Shown here piece after piece: positions 19,177 through 28,914 of a stretch of DNA of 64,000 nt. The stretch spans positions 18,387-82,386 of the forward strand of contig JAPLXO010000004.1 of the NCBI GenBank assembly GCA_026396065.1, written 5' to 3'. The position numbers and the translations under genes were made by a program. The notes below the pieces were generated by a model, which was not told the origin of the DNA, did no database searches, and saw only the letters and a list, made by a program, of their open reading frames with translations. The stretch comes from Candidatus Nomurabacteria bacterium. GTDB lineage: Bacteria; Patescibacteriota; Minisyncoccia; Phycocordibacterales; UBA9973. Position 1 is the stretch's first letter; the number at the start of each line of letters is the position of its first letter.

Positions 19177-19248
19177 TGCACCCGGAGGGATTCGAACCCC
19201 CAACAACTGCTTCGAAGGCAGGCATGATATCCATTTCACTACGGGTGC
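19177..19248 (-). tRNA. tRNA-Arg(TCG)
   Basis: GCACCCG..CTGC-CTTCGAA-GCAG..GGTTCGAATCC..CGGGTGC-A. Confidence 0.93.
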
Positions 19249-19430
19249 AGTAAATGTCTTATAAGTATAAGCTAAATAAAGAATTAAGTAAATCAATAAT
19301 TTTGCATTAGAAATAAAAAAGTATATAATACATGTATAAAATTTTATAAATTAGCCACGCGTTTATGGTTTAGTGATTTATCATGCCACCGAGCTACGTT
19401 TAGGTTTCAATATTAAGAGTTAAGATAAAA

Positions 19431-19501
19431 GCGGTTATGGTTTAGTGGTAGAACACGTCCTTGCCAAGGATGAGACGGGAGTTCGATTCTCCCTAGCCGC
19501 A
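19431..19501 (+). tRNA. tRNA-Gly(GCC)
   Basis: GCGGTTA..GTCC-TTGCCAA-GGAT..GTTCGATTC..TAGCCGC-A. Confidence 0.95.
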
Positions 19502-19521
19502 CACAAAGAAGAATTAGCAAA

Positions 19522-21039
19522 GTGGAAACACTTACAAAGAACTTAATAGGGAAAGTACCTGAAAAGGTTTTAAATATTTTAACTACTTTAGAAAAAGGAG
19601 GTTTTGAAGCGTACCTAGTCGGTGGATGTGTTAGAGACATGATCATCGGAAGGGAACCAAAAGACTGGGACATTACGACAAATGCGACCCCTGAGCAAAT
19701 AATACCTTTGTTTGAGAAAACTATCTATGAAAACAAGTTCGGGACAGTAGGAGTGTGTGTTATTCGTGAAACAACAGGGGAGGATGTTTCACAAGAAACC
19801 AAATACGACATAATTGAGGTGACACCTTATAGAATAGAAGGCTTATATAGCGATAAAAGACACCCAGACGAGGTTAAATTCAGTCAAAGGATAGAAGATG
19901 ACTTAAAAAGACGCGACTTCACTATAAACGCATTAGCCCTAAATTCTAAAGGACACCTAGTAGATCTATTTGAAGGTATAAAGGACATTCAAAATAAAAC
20001 TATCCGTACAGTAGGAGATGCAAAAGAAAGGTTTAATGAAGATGCTTTGCGATTAATTCGTGCTGTGAGGTTTTCCACAGAATTGGATTTCGTAATTTCT
20101 CACGAGACAATTTCTGCAATTGTGGAAAACTCTGCATTAATAAAAAATATTTCTTTTGAAAGAATTCGTGATGAATTTTCAAAAATAATTATGTCTAAAT
20201 ATCCGATGACAGGCATCGGTATGCTTTCAAAATTAAAATTGTTGCAACATATTATTCCTGAACTCGAAGAAGGAATTAATTGTGAACAAAAAGGCGAACA
20301 CATTTATGATGTCTTCGAACATATCTTGCACGCGCTCGGACACGCAGCAGATAAAAAAGAGCCTTTAGATATAAGGCTCTCTGCGCTCTTTCACGATATA
20401 GGGAAGCCACGCACCCGCAGATGGGACGGCACAAAAGCTGGAGGAAAAGGGAAGTACACTTTCTACGGACACGAAGTCGTCGGTGCACGAATGGTAAAAA
20501 AAATAATGGAGCGATTAAAATTCCCTGGAGATATTTCAGAGAAAGTAGAAAAATTAGTTCGCTATCATATGTTCTTCTCTGACACAGAAACGATTACACT
20601 TTCTGCTGTGCGCAGAGTAATTGTAAATGTGGGGAAAACTAATATTTGGGATTTAATGAAAGTTCGCGAATGTGACCGTGTCGGTATGAAGAAAAAAGAA
20701 GCTCCTTACAGACTTCGCAAATATCATGCAATGATCGAAGAATGCTTGCGTGATCCTATCTCTGTTTCACAATTAAAAATAGATGGTACTATTCTAATGA
20801 ATGAACTCGGTATAAAACCCGGTCCTAAAATGGGCTTTATTTTAAATGCTTTATTGGAAGAAGTCCTTGATGACCCGAGTAAAAATGTCCGTGAATACCT
20901 CGATGTCCGTGTGGCTAAATTAAATTCTCTATCGGACACAGACCTCAAAGCTCTCGGAGAAAAAGCAAAAGAAAAGAAAGAGGAACTCGAAGAAAAAGAA
21001 GTTTTGCAATTACACAAAAAACATGGTGTAACGAAATAA
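19522..21039 (+). CDS. cca: CCA tRNA nucleotidyltransferase with HD domain
   Basis: YLVGGCVRD, DWDITT, RRDFTINAL, EDALRLIRAVRF, HDIGKP. Confidence 0.93.
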   Translation: METLTKNLIGKVPEKVLNILTTLEKGGFEAYLVGGCVRDMIIGREPKDWDITTNATPEQIIPLFEKTIYENKFGTVGVCVIRETTGEDVSQETKYDIIEVTPYRIEGLYSDKRHPDEVKFSQRIEDDLKRRDFTINALALNSKGHLVDLFEGIKDIQNKTIRTVGDAKERFNEDALRLIRAVRFSTELDFVISHETISAIVENSALIKNISFERIRDEFSKIIMSKYPMTGIGMLSKLKLLQHIIPELEEGINCEQKGEHIYDVFEHILHALGHAADKKEPLDIRLSALFHDIGKPRTRRWDGTKAGGKGKYTFYGHEVVGARMVKKIMERLKFPGDISEKVEKLVRYHMFFSDTETITLSAVRRVIVNVGKTNIWDLMKVRECDRVGMKKKEAPYRLRKYHAMIEECLRDPISVSQLKIDGTILMNELGIKPGPKMGFILNALLEEVLDDPSKNVREYLDVRVAKLNSLSDTDLKALGEKAKEKKEELEEKEVLQLHKKHGVTK

Positions 21040-21078
21040 AAAAAAGAGTCTCCATTGTTGTCACAATGAACGACTCTT

Positions 21079-21609
21079 TTAGAAAAAATGTTTTAAAAAT
21101 TCTAGTCCATAGAAAAATCCGGACAAGACTACTACCGCCAAAAGATTATTTAAAAATGAACTTAACACAGCCAATATCCAAACTCGGGGAGTTCGAATTC
21201 CATTATATAAATAATATCCATTGCGATAATACAAAACTACTACCATTGGGTCCCAAAACAAAAAGAAAATTAGTAATATATATCTACCTTTGTTTGCCCA
21301 TTTACCAATAGCTTTAGTAATTGGATTTTGTTTTTCCATAGTTGTTGATTGTTCTTGTGCTTCTTTGAGTGCTTCGATTAAAAGCCAGTCGATTTTTATT
21401 ATGTCATAAACAAAAATAGTTATAACAAAAAGAGCAACAGAGCTTCCAAACAAAACTAAAATACTCCACCAAAAACTAAAATGACAAACAATATAAGGAC
21501 ACAAGATCAAACCGTATGATAAATTTATCATCCTATGTATTACAAACCCAATACCGAATATGCCAATTTTTTTAAGGTTTGACAGAACCCAGTTTTTTAA
21601 ATTTTCCAA
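21079..21609 (-). CDS. Hypothetical multi-pass membrane protein
   Basis: About four TM segments; AGGAGG before the TTG start; boxA-like GTTATTTAACAT upstream. Confidence 0.7.
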   Translation of the reverse strand: MENLKNWVLSNLKKIGIFGIGFVIHRMINLSYGLILCPYIVCHFSFWWSILVLFGSSVALFVITIFVYDIIKIDWLLIEALKEAQEQSTTMEKQNPITKAIGKWANKGRYILLIFFLFWDPMVVVLYYRNGYYLYNGIRTPRVWILAVLSSFLNNLLAVVVLSGFFYGLEFLKHFF

Positions 21610-21752
21610 GGTTCCTCCTTTTTTAATATGTTAAATAACTCTGTAAACTATACAGCCATACTAGCACAATTTTATTTATTTAAAAGAAATATAACTTTTA
21701 TCAAAAAATAAAAAAACCGACTAGAATAAATCTGAGTCGGTTTTTTGATGCG

Positions 21753-21876
21753 TGCACTTGATGGGACTCGAACCCATACACCATGAATCTACACTACTTG
21801 TTTGGACCAAATAGAATAAACCAGGACTTACCCAGATCCTAATTCTGGAGCTCTACCAATTGTTAGCTACAAATGC
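21753..21876 (-). tRNA. Atypical tRNA-Leu(TAG)-like gene with ~54-nt variable region
   Basis: Acceptor GCATTTG/CAAGTGC-A, D-loop TTGGTA, CCAGA-ATTAGGA-TCTGG, T-arm ATGGG-TTCGAGT-CCCAT; terminator 21711-21746 follows. Confidence 0.75.
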
Positions 21877-21887
21877 ATTCCATAACA

Positions 21888-22232
21888 CTACTGACGTTTT
21901 TTTAATTTAAAATACTTTACAATTTTAAAAATAAATTCATCAATAGTGAGATACTCGTGTGAAAACTTTTGTTCTTTTGAAATCTTTTTTCCTTCTTTTA
22001 CTTCTTTATCAGTGAAAATACCAAAACCAAAACCTTTTCCTCTAACAGTAGAAAAAATAATGAACTTTGCTTTTGGCTTCTTTTCCATTTCGTAAAAATA
22101 GAAATTAAGGGTTAAATTAAGTTCTTGAAGCTCATCAGGAGCCAAAAACAAACGGAACATTTTCACAACTGTTTCTATTCTTTCTTTGCCCGAAACAGTG
22201 GCAACTGGTGCGTAAGTAAAATAACTTTTCAT
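21888..22232 (-). CDS. Hypothetical protein
   Basis: 114 aa basic ORF directly upstream of the atypical tRNA; boxA-like GTTCTTTAAAAA upstream. Confidence 0.65.
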   Translation of the reverse strand: MKSYFTYAPVATVSGKERIETVVKMFRLFLAPDELQELNLTLNFYFYEMEKKPKAKFIIFSTVRGKGFGFGIFTDKEVKEGKKISKEQKFSHEYLTIDEFIFKIVKYFKLKKRQ

Positions 22233-22391
22233 TGTATATAATTTTTAAAGAACAGCAACATTGCTGTTCTGATATAAAGATATCAACCGTGCAATATATT
22301 TATTTTTTGATATAATGAGTATATTAGAAATATGTTGATATATAAGGCTTTTTTGTAATAAATACAAATTTGTTCGTCTAAAGTAACAAAA

Positions 22392-23180
22392 ATGAACCAA
22401 AAGATTATAGAAAAAATACAAAAAATAGGGCTTTCTGATAAGGAGGCAAGAGTATATTTATACTTACTCGCCTCGCAAGGCGCATACCCCTCAAAGGTAG
22501 CCACTGAAACACGCCTCAATAGAAGCACAGTATATAAAATACTCACTGGGCTCTCAATTAAAGGCCTCGCGACAGAGATTGAGCATGGTAAAAAAATATT
22601 TTACCAGCCAGAATCATTGAATAAATTAAAGAGGTATATGGATTATCAAATTGAACGCGCAGAAAATGCCAAAGAATCTGCGATTAAGATGATGCCTGAG
22701 CTCGAGGAACTCTTTGCAAAAGCAGATAACCCAAAAGTTTCTTTCTATAAAGGAAAAGAACAAGTTATCGAGGCATATCTACGCCATGTGCAAGTCGAAA
22801 AGCCATATAGAATGACTGCTTTTGCGAATGTTCAATACATTACAAAGTTCTTACCGGAGAAAGTATTTAATTTTTACAAGAAAGAAAAGACGCGTATTGG
22901 TATAACTGCACGAGGAGTAACCTCTTCAAGCCCTTACAGTCACCAGTTCCAAAAAGATATCTATAGCAAGGTAAAGAGAAGTATTCGTCCAGAATTACGT
23001 TTTATCCCAGAACAACTTTTCCCATTCTCAGCAGAAATGACGATGTTTGATCATAATAAAGTCTCTATAGTAAAATTCGATGAGCAAAACCCTATCGCTA
23101 TAGTCATAGAAGACAAAATGGTGCATGACATGATGAATATGTTATTTGAATTCGTCTGGAAACGAGCAGAGAAAAAATAA
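22392..23180 (+). CDS. TrmB-family transcriptional regulator
   Basis: GLSDKEARVY wHTH, RSTVY..L..L..KGL, PKVSFYKGKE, C-terminal effector domain. Confidence 0.88.
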   Translation: MNQKIIEKIQKIGLSDKEARVYLYLLASQGAYPSKVATETRLNRSTVYKILTGLSIKGLATEIEHGKKIFYQPESLNKLKRYMDYQIERAENAKESAIKMMPELEELFAKADNPKVSFYKGKEQVIEAYLRHVQVEKPYRMTAFANVQYITKFLPEKVFNFYKKEKTRIGITARGVTSSSPYSHQFQKDIYSKVKRSIRPELRFIPEQLFPFSAEMTMFDHNKVSIVKFDEQNPIAIVIEDKMVHDMMNMLFEFVWKRAEKK

Positions 23181-23195
23181 CTTATAGTGGATTTA

Positions 23196-23870
23196 TTAAA
23201 TAGTCATATGGCTTTGTTTCCATTTTGAGACATCAGCCCAGTCAGAAAATTTTTCAACTGAAGTAATAGTAATATTGTAGGCATTTTTCGGATGCTGATC
23301 AAAGAAATATCTATGTAAATCATCAGATATAAGTACTGCTTTCTTATCTAGAGTATCAATATTTAGCTTGTAAATAATTGGATTATACTCACCATTTTCA
23401 ACTATATTTTCTCTTATAAGAAATTTGTTATCAATCGTACAATCGGTGTAAATAATATTTCTATTAACAAACCCGAAACCCAAGTTACAAAAAGATATTT
23501 TTTCTAATCCAGTATCTAAGTCGTATACTTTCGTCTCACGAACAAGTGAAGTTCCAAGGTCAGCAATAATGTATTTATCATCTTGTGTTACGTAATTAAT
23601 GATCATATGATACGCATCAACTTTTTTTAATAAGATAGTTTTATTTGTATTTTTATCTAAAACTTTTACATCATGTAAAATAGAATCGTTGTTTGCATCA
23701 GCATCAACTATTTCTACTGCAAGTCTAGGGTTACCAATGTCTAATGTTTTTGGAGTAATTTTATTTATTTGAATAGCCTGATCTACCACTTTTTTACCAA
23801 AGAAATGCTGGGAAACAATTAATCCCGCAAAAACTAAAATAAGTACGATAATTACTTTTTTCATACACAT
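23196..23870 (-). CDS. Hypothetical exported protein
   Basis: MKKVIIVLILVFAGLIV anchor; beta-rich body. Confidence 0.75.
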   Translation of the reverse strand: MCMKKVIIVLILVFAGLIVSQHFFGKKVVDQAIQINKITPKTLDIGNPRLAVEIVDADANNDSILHDVKVLDKNTNKTILLKKVDAYHMIINYVTQDDKYIIADLGTSLVRETKVYDLDTGLEKISFCNLGFGFVNRNIIYTDCTIDNKFLIRENIVENGEYNPIIYKLNIDTLDKKAVLISDDLHRYFFDQHPKNAYNITITSVEKFSDWADVSKWKQSHMTI

Positions 23871-23936
23871 ATAATACCATAGAAGTATGTGGTGAAATAA
23901 AAAACTCTTAATAAATTTATTAAGAGTTTTTTATTG

Positions 23937-25619
23937 CTATGAAACTTCTTGTTGATAGCAGGATTCACAGTAGACTATTTCTTTTCGGTCGGGGGAGTAT
24001 GAAGTTTCAAACTTTACATCACAATGATTTTCACCGTGAATATGATTTTTTAATTCACACATACAAGACCTTGGATAAAGTTTTCTCGGATTTCTTTTTG
24101 CCATACGAGCACGGTGACGACATTCGAAATCTTTGTGTGGAAGTGGAATATTCATTCGCTTATAAAAGTCGAGTTCCATTTTTGTAATACGAAAATTTTT
24201 ATCACACTCTTCACAAACCAGAATTTCATTTAAAAAATTATCATCTACGTTTTCAATACTGTTTGGCACTTCACCTTTTTTAATAGTTTCTTTACCATAG
24301 GTGCCTGTAGTTTTTTCTTGCCAAGAAAATCCACGCTTCAATGCCTCTTCTTTTGTGAGAGGGAATAAATCATGAGCCAATGTTTCGTTATAACCAAAAG
24401 GAGAAATGTCTGGAGAAAAATATTGCCCCCAGGTACCATCTTGTTTTAATTGATTTTCAATTTGTTCTTTTAATTTAAGATATTCTTCTTTTGAATATTC
24501 TTTATTTAGAATCATATTATTTCCTTTTCGAATAGCAGTGCAACCAAAAGAATTTGTCAAGTTATAGCAATTATCACAATAGTCTAAGTCAGTAGAATAG
24601 AAAACGAAAACACAATTTTTAGATCGGCTTAACTGCATTGCACCCATAATATTATAATTAAATTCGCATTTATAATAATAATTATTGCAATCCATACTAT
24701 CTGTAGGATTTTCAGAGTCGGTCATATAAGAACAATTTTTTGCATCATAAGTATCATAGAGCATTACACCTTGATGACAATTATGTAAATAATCTCCAGA
24801 GACATCATGGCATTTTGTTTGGCAAGCAAATTTTCTAACTGTCTCCTTTTTTAATTCTTCAAATTCTTTTTTGGCTTGTTCGATGTTTTCATAACTAGAA
24901 AAAATCTCTGCTTTTTTCTTTTCATATTCTTCTTTAGAATATTTTACATTAAAAATAGCATTTGAAACATTGCGTCCATTCGTGCAGAAAATACAATTGT
25001 TTGAATTGCGCATATTGTAGCAGAAGAGTAAATCACTAGATTCTTGGCATTGCTCAGAATACATACACTTGAAACACTTTCGGCTATCGATAGTCTCATA
25101 GCAAAGCTCTGATTCGTGTAAAAATGCACAGTCCACACAGCCTTTATTTCTCTGTAACAATCTTCCATACAAACAATCTTCATTGTAATCCGCGGCGAAA
25201 ATTAAATAACAATCTTTATTTTCTGCAGAGCCATTTGTATAATCACTGCGGACATTGTTGTGAATCATAATGCCTAGGCGTGGTGTTTCTTTTACTAAAT
25301 CATTAAACTGTTCAAAAAAAGATTTGTTTAAATCATAATTTTTTCCAAAACTTTTTGGATCCCAATTGTCACTCCACCAACATTCGTAACAATATACATT
25401 GTATGGAGACTCTGGCGCATAAACAGAAATAAAATCTTTTTCACAAAGACCACAGGGACGTTTATAAAAAGTCCTTTCATTACGAAAAACCAATCGCCTT
25501 GCCATACGGCAATCAGGGCAGTAGAGAGGTGGCGCAGTTTTCACTTGCTCATAAAAAGTGAGGTCTGCATCTCGTATTTCAAATTCCTTTTCACAACTTT
25601 TACAATTTTTTATAATCAT
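23937..25619 (-). CDS. Cys-rich Zn-ribbon/repeat protein of the type common in CPR
   Basis: CxxC..F.I...D..FY..P...CPDCR..RR, many Cys repeats, C-terminal VYCESCY; TTGACA-17-TATACT inside the 5' extension favours ATG 25619. Confidence 0.85.
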   Translation of the reverse strand: MIIKNCKSCEKEFEIRDADLTFYEQVKTAPPLYCPDCRMARRLVFRNERTFYKRPCGLCEKDFISVYAPESPYNVYCYECWWSDNWDPKSFGKNYDLNKSFFEQFNDLVKETPRLGIMIHNNVRSDYTNGSAENKDCYLIFAADYNEDCLYGRLLQRNKGCVDCAFLHESELCYETIDSRKCFKCMYSEQCQESSDLLFCYNMRNSNNCIFCTNGRNVSNAIFNVKYSKEEYEKKKAEIFSSYENIEQAKKEFEELKKETVRKFACQTKCHDVSGDYLHNCHQGVMLYDTYDAKNCSYMTDSENPTDSMDCNNYYYKCEFNYNIMGAMQLSRSKNCVFVFYSTDLDYCDNCYNLTNSFGCTAIRKGNNMILNKEYSKEEYLKLKEQIENQLKQDGTWGQYFSPDISPFGYNETLAHDLFPLTKEEALKRGFSWQEKTTGTYGKETIKKGEVPNSIENVDDNFLNEILVCEECDKNFRITKMELDFYKRMNIPLPHKDFECRHRARMAKRNPRKLYPRSCMCELKNHIHGENHCDVKFETSYSPDRKEIVYCESCYQQEVS

Positions 25620-25772
25620 AATTACTAAAGTATATACTAATGCACTATATTTGTCAAGGATATTCGTCATAAAGTATCAGAACAAGCTATATATATTAAG
25701 GTATAATAGAAGTATTAAAAATAGTGTGGGATGAGCTTGACACAGATATAGCAAACAATATATACTTAAAAA

Positions 25773-26555
25773 GTGAAAAAGGAATTGTCCCCAATTGAAA
25801 AACAGCTCAAAATAATAGGTCTTTCAGAAAACGAAATCGTGATGTATGTCGCACTCCTTGAACTCGGAAAAGGAACAGTTTCACAAATATCTCGAAAAGC
25901 ATTTTTAAATAGAACGACAGGCTATGATGTTTTGGATAGATTAGTATCTAAAAATCTTATCAGTATTTCTGGTAAAGAACCGAAACAAGAATATGTAGCG
26001 GAATCTCCAGACAATGTCGGAAAATTAATTACCGAAGAACTCGAAAGAAGGCAAAGTGAATTAAACGAAGCAAAAAAAATAATTCCTGAATTAAAATCCA
26101 TTCATAATGTAGTAAACAGACCAAAAGTTTTATTTTACGAAGGAAAGGAAGGTTTGAAACAAGTATATGAAGATACATTAACTTCGACAGAACCAATTCG
26201 AGCATATGCAAGTGTAGAAAATATGCACGCAGGATTACCTGGATATTTCCCTGAATACTATAAACGCCGAGCAAAAAAAGGAATCGCTATTCGTGCTGTG
26301 GTGCCAAATAGTGAAACGGGAAGGGAAAGAAAAATTTTCGACAAGGCAGAAATGCGTGAGACAGCACTCGTGCCGACAGATATGTGCAATTTTATTCCTG
26401 AAATAAATATCTACGATAACAAAGTAATGATCGCATCGTGGCGAGAAAAGCTCGGCATCATTATTGAATCAGCGGAAATTGCCGATGCGATGAAAAAAAT
26501 ATATGAACTCGCTTGGGCAGAGGCAAAGAGATTAGACTCTGAAATTAAAAATTAA
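25773..26555 (+). CDS. TrmB-family transcriptional regulator
   Basis: GLSENE..Y..LL, RTTGYDVL, PKVLFYEGKEG, IYDNKV, IIES. Confidence 0.9.
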   Translation: MKKELSPIEKQLKIIGLSENEIVMYVALLELGKGTVSQISRKAFLNRTTGYDVLDRLVSKNLISISGKEPKQEYVAESPDNVGKLITEELERRQSELNEAKKIIPELKSIHNVVNRPKVLFYEGKEGLKQVYEDTLTSTEPIRAYASVENMHAGLPGYFPEYYKRRAKKGIAIRAVVPNSETGRERKIFDKAEMRETALVPTDMCNFIPEINIYDNKVMIASWREKLGIIIESAEIADAMKKIYELAWAEAKRLDSEIKN

Positions 26556-26579
26556 TTAATTTATGCTAATATAAAAAAT

Positions 26580-27356
26580 ATGAAAATTGGTATATTTGAT
26601 TCAGGGGTAGGGGGGTTATTGATAGCGAAATCTATTCGTAAGACTCTACCACAATATGACTATGTATATTTAGGGGACACAAAGCGCGTACCATATGGCA
26701 ACCGAAGCCATGAAACGATTTTGGAATTCACTCGTGAAGCTGTGAAATACCTTTTTGAAAAAGAAAATTGCGGGTTGATAATAATAGCTTGCAATACGGC
26801 ATCAGCTCAAGCTTTGCACGAATTGCAAATTGAATATAAAAACAAAAAAATTCTCGGTGTAATAATTCCAGTAGCAGAAGAATCTATAAATTTTAAAAAA
26901 ATTGGTATCCTCGCTACTTCAGCTACAGTATCTTCAAACACTTTCCCTAGAGAAATAAAAGAAGTAAATAAAAATGCTAAAGTTTTTCAAAATCCTGCAC
27001 CAATGCTAGTACCACTAGCTGAAAGTGGAGAAAATAAAAATGCTTTACCTTTTATTAAGGAATATTTAAAACCTCTTTTAGCAAAAAAAATAGATGCACT
27101 TATTTTGGGATGCACGCATTACCCTATATATAAAAAAGAAATAAAAAAAATATTACCAAAGAATATTAAAATAATTTCTCAAGACGAAATAATCCCAAAA
27201 AAATTAAAAAACTATTTACAAAGACATACGGAAGTAGAAAACAAACTTTCTAAAAATGGAAAAGCAAAAATTCTTGTGACGGACAAAACAAAAAATATAG
27301 AATTTCTCGCCCATAAATGGTTTGGCAAAGAAAGCCTGAGTTTAATCGAAATTTAG
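26580..27356 (+). CDS. murI: Glutamate racemase
   Basis: FDSGVGG, PYG, ACNTAS, LGCTHYP. Confidence 0.97.
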   Translation: MKIGIFDSGVGGLLIAKSIRKTLPQYDYVYLGDTKRVPYGNRSHETILEFTREAVKYLFEKENCGLIIIACNTASAQALHELQIEYKNKKILGVIIPVAEESINFKKIGILATSATVSSNTFPREIKEVNKNAKVFQNPAPMLVPLAESGENKNALPFIKEYLKPLLAKKIDALILGCTHYPIYKKEIKKILPKNIKIISQDEIIPKKLKNYLQRHTEVENKLSKNGKAKILVTDKTKNIEFLAHKWFGKESLSLIEI

Positions 27357-27423
27357 AAAAAAAATACCCGCCAATCAATTTAATGATTAAGCGGGATAAG
27401 TTTTTTAATAGGGGTGCGTAGTT

Positions 27424-27891
27424 CTACACTACTCTCTTCATTTTTTTATCTACAGAAGAGGCGCTGGTTTTTTTGGTCGGTAATGCCACTTTGGCATTTT
27501 TAGAAAAAAGATTAGCAGCAGGAACTGGTGATTTTGCTGCATCCTGCCATTCTCCATTCACATTTTTGGCAATCTTTGGACCAAACTTGGCAATTGCTAC
27601 TTTCCAAGCATAAGCTTCTTTATACCCATCTCTTGCTTCAAGGGCAAGAAGATGAGCATCAAGTTTTGGTCTTTTTTGTACCTCTTTTTTGAAACGTTCT
27701 TCTACCTGCCCAGGAGACAATGTAGTGACTTTTTTTACTGTTGCAGTAATTTTTCTAGTGACAGCTTCTCTGCCAAAATTTTTATTAAAACTTTTTACTG
27801 CTTTTTTTACCGCTTTTTTACTACGATGAATTACTCTTTCCAAATTACTGTACCTTTTGGATCTAGGTTTTGTTTGTGCTACTTTTGCCAT
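27424..27891 (-). CDS. Highly basic (K/A/V/R-rich) hypothetical protein
   Basis: 155 aa; own TTGACT promoter and terminator. Confidence 0.7.
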   Translation of the reverse strand: MAKVAQTKPRSKRYSNLERVIHRSKKAVKKAVKSFNKNFGREAVTRKITATVKKVTTLSPGQVEERFKKEVQKRPKLDAHLLALEARDGYKEAYAWKVAIAKFGPKIAKNVNGEWQDAAKSPVPAANLFSKNAKVALPTKKTSASSVDKKMKRVV

Positions 27892-28033
27892 GATTTTTCT
27901 ATTCTTTTTTAAAAGGTTAAATTTTTGTTTATTGAAACAAAAATAACCGGACTATCCGATATATTTGTATATTAGCATGTATATTTTAATAAGTCAAATT
28001 TGATTCATTAAAAATATAAATACAATATAACTT

Positions 28034-28813
28034 TTAATTTAAATCAAGATAAATAGGGCAGTGGTCCGAACCCATATAATCGGAAAGCATTCCTGTATTT
28101 TTAACTTTAGGAATAATTTTTTCATCTATAAAAAAATAATCAATTCTCCAGCCCACATTCCTAGTTCGTGATGCAGTCTTTTGATCCCAATATGTGTACA
28201 CATCTTTTTTATTTGGATTTAAATATCTATATATATCTATAAATTTATTTTTTATTACTTTTGTAATCCATGCACGTTCTATCGGAAGGAAGCCGGTATT
28301 TTCTTCGTTAGCTTTTGGTCGAGCAAGGTCGACGGCTTCATGCGCAGTATTGATGTCTCCACAAAAAATAACATTCTCTCCATTTTTGCGAAGTTTTAAA
28401 ATAAATTTCAAAAATGCATCGTAAAATTCTAATTTGTATTCAAGGCGATGCGGACCAGACCCACCATTTGGATAATATCCACATATAATAGTGTAATCTT
28501 CAAACTTCGCACCGACTATACGACCTTCATCATCAAATTTTTTAATGCCCATACCGTAAAAAATTTCTTTTGGTTTTAATTCACTCTTTATATACATTCC
28601 AACTCCACTATAACCTTTTCTTAATTTTGAATATGAAAAATAACTTTCATAACCTTTTATATTTCGCACATCGACAGGTAACTGATCTGGCTCGACTTTC
28701 GTTTCTTGCAAACACAAAACATCTGGCTTGTATTTTTTAAATAGAGGGGTTAGGTGTCCTTGCTTCGCTGTCGCTCGTAAGCCATTTGTATTCCAAGAAA
28801 TTATCTTTGTCAT
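28034..28813 (-). CDS. xth: Exodeoxyribonuclease III
   Basis: SWNTNG, LQETK, GYSGV, GDIN, GWRIDY, SDHCP. Confidence 0.97.
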   Translation of the reverse strand: MTKIISWNTNGLRATAKQGHLTPLFKKYKPDVLCLQETKVEPDQLPVDVRNIKGYESYFSYSKLRKGYSGVGMYIKSELKPKEIFYGMGIKKFDDEGRIVGAKFEDYTIICGYYPNGGSGPHRLEYKLEFYDAFLKFILKLRKNGENVIFCGDINTAHEAVDLARPKANEENTGFLPIERAWITKVIKNKFIDIYRYLNPNKKDVYTYWDQKTASRTRNVGWRIDYFFIDEKIIPKVKNTGMLSDYMGSDHCPIYLDLN

Positions 28814-28832
28814 ATATAGCTATAATAGCATA

Positions 28833-28908
28833 ACCCCACCCCAATGCTAAAGCATTTTCCCCTCCCCATTTTTTGCAGAAAATGGGGAGGGGGCAGGGAG
28901 AGGGGTGA
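28833..28908. repeat. C/G-tract palindromic repeat (DUF559-associated type)
   Basis: CCCCTCCCCATTTT-ttgcag-AAAATGGGGAGGGG within ACCCC..GGGGT. Confidence 0.7.
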
Positions 28909-28914
28909 GTTATG

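Noticed and set aside
19359-19375. 16/17 match to the 5' end of tRNA-Gly(GCC)
   Set aside because: Too short, no cloverleaf; at most a small local duplication
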